This document shows, one piece after another, positions 59,647 to 64,000 of a stretch of 64,000 nucleotides of DNA. The position numbers and the translations under genes were made by a program. Position 1 is the first letter of the stretch. Each line of letters begins with the position of its first letter. The stretch is taken from assembly GCA_010909165.1 (NCBI GenBank), contig MU008158.1:893478-957477 (forward strand). Reading direction: 5' to 3'. A model generated the notes under the pieces. It did not search any database. It saw only the letters and a list, made by a program, of their open reading frames with translations, and was not told the origin of the DNA. This DNA is from Anthoceros angustus. Lineage: Eukaryota; Plantae; Anthocerotophyta.

Positions 59647-62600
59647 ATGGCCAAGAAGAAGAGAAAGCTTGTGGAAGCTGGGAAAGGAGACAAAACCACC
59701 TATTTTGATGTCTACGGAGCCGAGGTAGCTGTAGGCCTGGTTTGGAGCTGCTGCTTTGATCCTAAACAGCTGTGCTAGACCGTTGGATTTGAAGTAACTT
59801 TGTAGTTGATGTTGTAGGCTAGGGCAGAGTTGATTTTTCAACCAGTTGATCCTAACACAAAGCTGGAGTTAGAGGTAAACTTGTTTTTTAATTGTTTTCG
59901 CGGTTAGTGGTGTGTCGCATTCCTATCGCTAAAGGTTTTTTGTTGATGTAGGATTTGCAAGAACTTGTAAAGTGGGTTCTGGCTGAGGGAACTATGCCAC
60001 AGTGGATTTTCATCAAGGTACAACTCGCCTGTCAGCTTTTGCCTGTCTCGTTCAAGTTCCAGTTTGTTCTAGAATGTTGTTGGTCTGATGCTTGTAATTT
60101 TGCTGTTTCTGTTCAGAACAAACCACTTGTTTCCAAGGTCGTGATGGTGTACTTGGCGGGACTTGATGCTGCTCTCTACATGAGCCACTTGGCTTTGCTT
60201 GAAAATACATCAACCAGCTTGGGGAATCCGCTTGCAGTCATGGCTCTGAGGTCAGGTACCGTCTTATTCTTTTCATTTCTGGCTTGACAATCCGGTTCTG
60301 TATTTTTGCACTGTGATTCTGCATGTAGTCCGACTGAGTTACTGGGTAAATTGCTAGTTGCAGCCCAACTGCAGACTCCAAGCAAACAATCAATGCCCTT
60401 CTCACGTGCCGTGTGAAAAGAAAACGGAAGGAGGTAAGGGTTTTAGTTTGTGTCAGTTCGTTTCCATCATCTCGGGATGAAAACTTTCATTTAACGTTCA
60501 TTTTGCCTACTGTAGCAACCTGAAAGGACCACCCCAAGTAGTGAGGTCTGTACCACTCAGGCGAACACGTCTGAAGAGTCAAACAACACTTTGTCCAAAG
60601 CAGACTCTGCACAAGCATGCCAGACTGGAGTCAAAGGTGGGTCTGGCTGTATTGAGGTTGCTGTCCCGCATCAATTTTGGCCGATGTTCTGGACTCGTTT
60701 CTGGAAAACATTATATGCTGCTTCTCGGGCTGAAATTTGGCGGACTTACAGAGCTGCTGAACTTAGTAGCCCTGTGGCATACTTGTTGCAGACGCAGTGG
60801 CAAGGCCTATATTAACGTCTAGGAAGCCACCTTTGCCAGCATCGCATTATATTCTCACAGAAAAACAGATGATGGACCATCTTTATCCCGGAGCTGGACC
60901 AACAAGGGATCTGCTCCCAGGTTTTGTCTCTGCTTTCGTTCTGAAGACTATTGCTGTAAAACTGAGACTTCAGGATCGTATATTGTGCATGGTCTGAATT
61001 CAGATGGTGATGCAATTTTTGCGTCCTACTCTGCTGAAATTGGCGTCTTTGTGTTTGCTGTAGGGTATGTTGTGACGCAGAGTTCTTCAGCTGCACCAAA
61101 CATCGGAATGGTGGCAGTGGATTGTGAAATGGTAAGGATTTTGCTCGCGGGTTGACAGTTCTTGGGCTGTGCTTGACGATACTCTGTTGATGGAGTTACT
61201 CTGTTGCAGCTAGTCTCTACATGCTATTCTCTAAAGTTTTCCTGCAGTGCGTTACAGAGGAAGGCCTCGAACTTACTCGAGTCTCTCTTGTGGATGACCA
61301 TGGAAAAGTGAGTGTCCCTTCTTGCACAGATTGCTTCTGCCTTTGAAAAGCGTGAGTAAGAAATGTGAAGGCGACCTTATTGTGCAATCTTTCTCTTTCT
61401 GTCATGTTCAGGTACTTCTTGACAAGCTGGTGAAACCTGTCCGTCCCATCACAAACTACAATACGCAGTACGTGCTTCTGTTTGTTATGTATTGAATGAA
61501 GACAGAGCTGGTTTTCAGAGGGCAGCATCGTCTGTTACTTGTACTTAACATGCTTACCAGGATTCAAGCGTGTTACACACGTGGATTGGCTACTATAGTA
61601 ATCTGACTAAATGTAGGGATGAATGTAAACAGGTGGAGTGGAATCACACCAGAAATGTTGGAGGGTGTTACGACTTCCCTTGCAGATGTACAGGTTGAGC
61701 CGCAAGACAGCTCAATACGTGTTCTCTCGTGATTACAGATCTTTGTAGCATTGCTGACTTCTCATTACGACGGCTTGGCAGGAGGAATTTTTGACATTGG
61801 TAAAAGCAGAAACTATATTGATTGGGCATTCCCTAGAAAGTGATCTTGGTGCCTTGAAGGTGGTGCACAAAAGAGTCATAGACACAGCGGTTCTGTATCC
61901 TCACCCACGTGGATCTCTTTACAAGTCTGCTTTAAGGACACTTGCAGCCAAGTTCCTGAAGCGGAGAATACAAAATGGTTCCTCTGGTCACAACAGTATT
62001 GAAGATGCTCAAGCAGCCATGGATCTTGTTTTGCTGAAGATACGGAATGGTATGTGCTATTTCACAATCCTTTGTGAAGTTGCCGTCTTTCATGATGTGA
62101 TCTAATATGACTGTATGGTTTGCAGGCCCCCGATTTGCAGAACCATCAGATTCCATGTCCCGCGAGAGCTTGATCTCAATGTTGTCGAGACAGAACCGTC
62201 AGTGTTCACTAATTGATCGCCCAGAGGTGGTCCAGCGTTATGCCATTGACTCCTGTCATGCTATTGGTTGTGCGTCAGATGAGGAAGTGTTATCAAGGGT
62301 TGAGAAAGAGGTAAAAGTTTGTATATGCTTGTTTTGATTCTTATCACACTGTATTCTTTTGTTGCTACAGTATTCAGTACAAACAGTGGCACACTTGTGA
62401 CCAAGAAATGACCCCATGTGACTCAGTTGTAGGTTCTGTCGCTGAGCAGGTGAACAAAAAGGCGGTGGATTTTGTTTGGGCACATCTGTCAGACTTGAAT
62501 ACCTTCTATGAAGAACGAGCCAGGGACCCTGAGAAAGTGGCAGCTCTTGCTGCCGAACATGCCGCCTTTATGACTTGCAGGGAAGGCACTGCAGACCATT

Positions 62601-62973
62601 CGCATCCTCCGATCAGTGAGCAGCTGAAGGCGGAACTATGTAAACTGGATCGGCGTGTAAAAAGGGTGCATTGTGCATTGCCGGTGAACACTATGATGAT
62701 AGTGGTCACGGGTCACGGGGATACTGCCGGTACTCGCAGGTATGCATCGCCTTGGCTTTTGGTTGAGGAAGTCATCTTCCTCCCTGAAATTCTTCCTCAC
62801 AGTATTCCATCGTTTGCAGATTGCAACAGTTGAAGTGGATGAAAACGGCTCCTGACGGTGCAGAGAGCTGGCAACATTCTGCCGATTCTTTATTGGAAGA
62901 CGTCCAAGCTCGATCAGCGGTAGGCCTAGGATTCTTTTGTATAAAAATGGAAGCTCCAAACTCGGAGAGCTAG
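59647..62973 (+). CDS. SDN5: DEDDh 3'-5' exonuclease, small RNA degrading nuclease 5 / REXO-like, multi-exon
   Basis: TYFDVYGAE, LVKWVLAEGTMPQWIFIK|NKPLVSKVV, ExoI AVDCEM, ExoII GHSLESDL, ExoIII GHNSIEDA; last exon 62820-62973. Confidence 0.88.
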
Positions 62974-63002
62974 TCCTAGTCTTTGGTAAGCGTATAGTGA
63001 CC

Positions 63003-63464
63003 CTAAGGGTCGATAGGAGGCACATACGGACTGGTATCGAAGCTGTCGAAGCCGTATCGGAGGCTACAGCTTGGATTTGAAATGTGAGCGATAAATGCAT
63101 TTCGGCACTCGGAGTAAATCTTCTTGTCTAATTCCTGAAGGCAGAAGGTACACTCCCCGGGAGCAGTCAGTTTCGGAGCGCAATAGCCTTCTGCATAGAC
63201 GGTGAAGCAATAGCCGTCTTCGTCCGTGACATCGGCGGAAGTCCTGTAGTAGGTTGTGCTATTCGCGTGGTCCAAAACGTCATTGACAGCTGCAACAGTC
63301 GCTTGGTTGTAGGGACTATGGACAGCGAAACTGAAGTTGAAGCACTGCTTGTTGATCGGCTTCAACTCGACTTCTGCGCGAGTTATGCTGCCTGTGCACA
63401 AGAAATGGTAAGCGTACAAATTGGCCAATAACGCCGGATAGAGGAACTGCTTCAAAGTTGCCAT
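63003..63464 (-). CDS. Secreted single-domain Gnk2/DUF26 cysteine-rich protein, 153 aa
   Basis: Hydrophobic N-terminus, VYAEGYCAPKLTAPGECTFC, then C...SCSLRY; intronless. Confidence 0.8.
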   Translation of the reverse strand: MATLKQFLYPALLANLYAYHFLCTGSITRAEVELKPINKQCFNFSFAVHSPYNQATVAAVNDVLDHANSTTYYRTSADVTDEDGYCFTVYAEGYCAPKLTAPGECTFCLQELDKKIYSECRNAFIAHISNPSCSLRYGFDSFDTSPYVPPIDP

Positions 63465-64000
63465 CGCTTTGCCTTGTCCCTACACTGTTCAAGCTACAGA
63501 CTGCAGGAGCAAATGTGCTTGAATATGTAGCCACGGATGGCCGACGAGATTGCTTGTTCCATGCTCTGTCTGCAGCCGTTTTGAGTTTTTGACTGCTTTC
63601 TCAAGCTGAGTCGAGAAGATTCTGTTTCAACGAGAGACTTTCGGATTTCAAGGAGGAAATATCAGCATCGGCGATTCCCTGTTGGCTGGGACCTGGGGAA
63701 ACGAGAACATCTTACTCGGCACCAGTGCCTGACGCAAGTTAGAGGAGTCCTCCCGAAATTGGTAGCGCAACTGTATCCTTCCCACGCAGAAGCGCTTGGT
63801 TGAAGTTCCACGTTTGGTCCATCCAGCGCACGAATCGGGATGAGTTTCAGATTCCAGACTGTGTACAATGTCATGAAATGCAAGTGATGCGATGTCAATC
63901 TGTGGACAAACATTGCGTACGGTGGAGGATGCAACAACAAACTTCAAACAAATTTCCCTCAGCAATTGGCATCAATTGGCGATGCAGGTTGCCATAGGCA

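Noticed and set aside
63540-64000. Second Gnk2-like or other gene at the window end
   Set aside because: Three frames give short protein-like stretches but no consistent motif or splice model.

Overview
Gene-dense nuclear DNA from a land plant. The source is most likely a hornwort; this is inferred from PLS-type PPR relics carrying the PGQSWWTD (DYW:WW-type) PG box, short spliceosomal introns and compact intergenic spacing. There is no prokaryotic content and no CRISPR array. Eleven apparently intact protein genes: a GT61 glycosyltransferase, a PH-START-DUF1336 (EDR2-like) gene, a large multi-MATH/coiled-coil gene, a type I pectin methylesterase, a CYP71-clan P450, a long-tailed histone H2A variant, plastid RPL17, RsgA GTPase, an unknown coiled-coil protein, an SDN5-like DEDDh exonuclease and a single-domain Gnk2/DUF26 protein. 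Three tRNA genes: Thr-CGT and two identical Gly-CCC. Accessory DNA comprises three PPR relics, two Ty3/gypsy relics, an RNase H-bearing LINE, a TIR element with a Cys-rich PHD-like relic, a CACTA element with a MITE nested in its right TIR, and many local tandem duplications. The best candidate for an undescribed system is at 30.7-38.5 kb. A decayed tandem copy of the P450 gene has lost its start codon and exon 1 but kept its promoter. It carries an inverted duplication of its 5'UTR forming a 36-bp hairpin (31033-31113). The 3' arm of that hairpin is nearly complementary to the 5'UTR of the intact P450 just upstream of its ATG (38447-38467), which fits a miRNA/hpRNA locus born from its own target. 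All assignments are from manual reading and motif recall; no database search was run.
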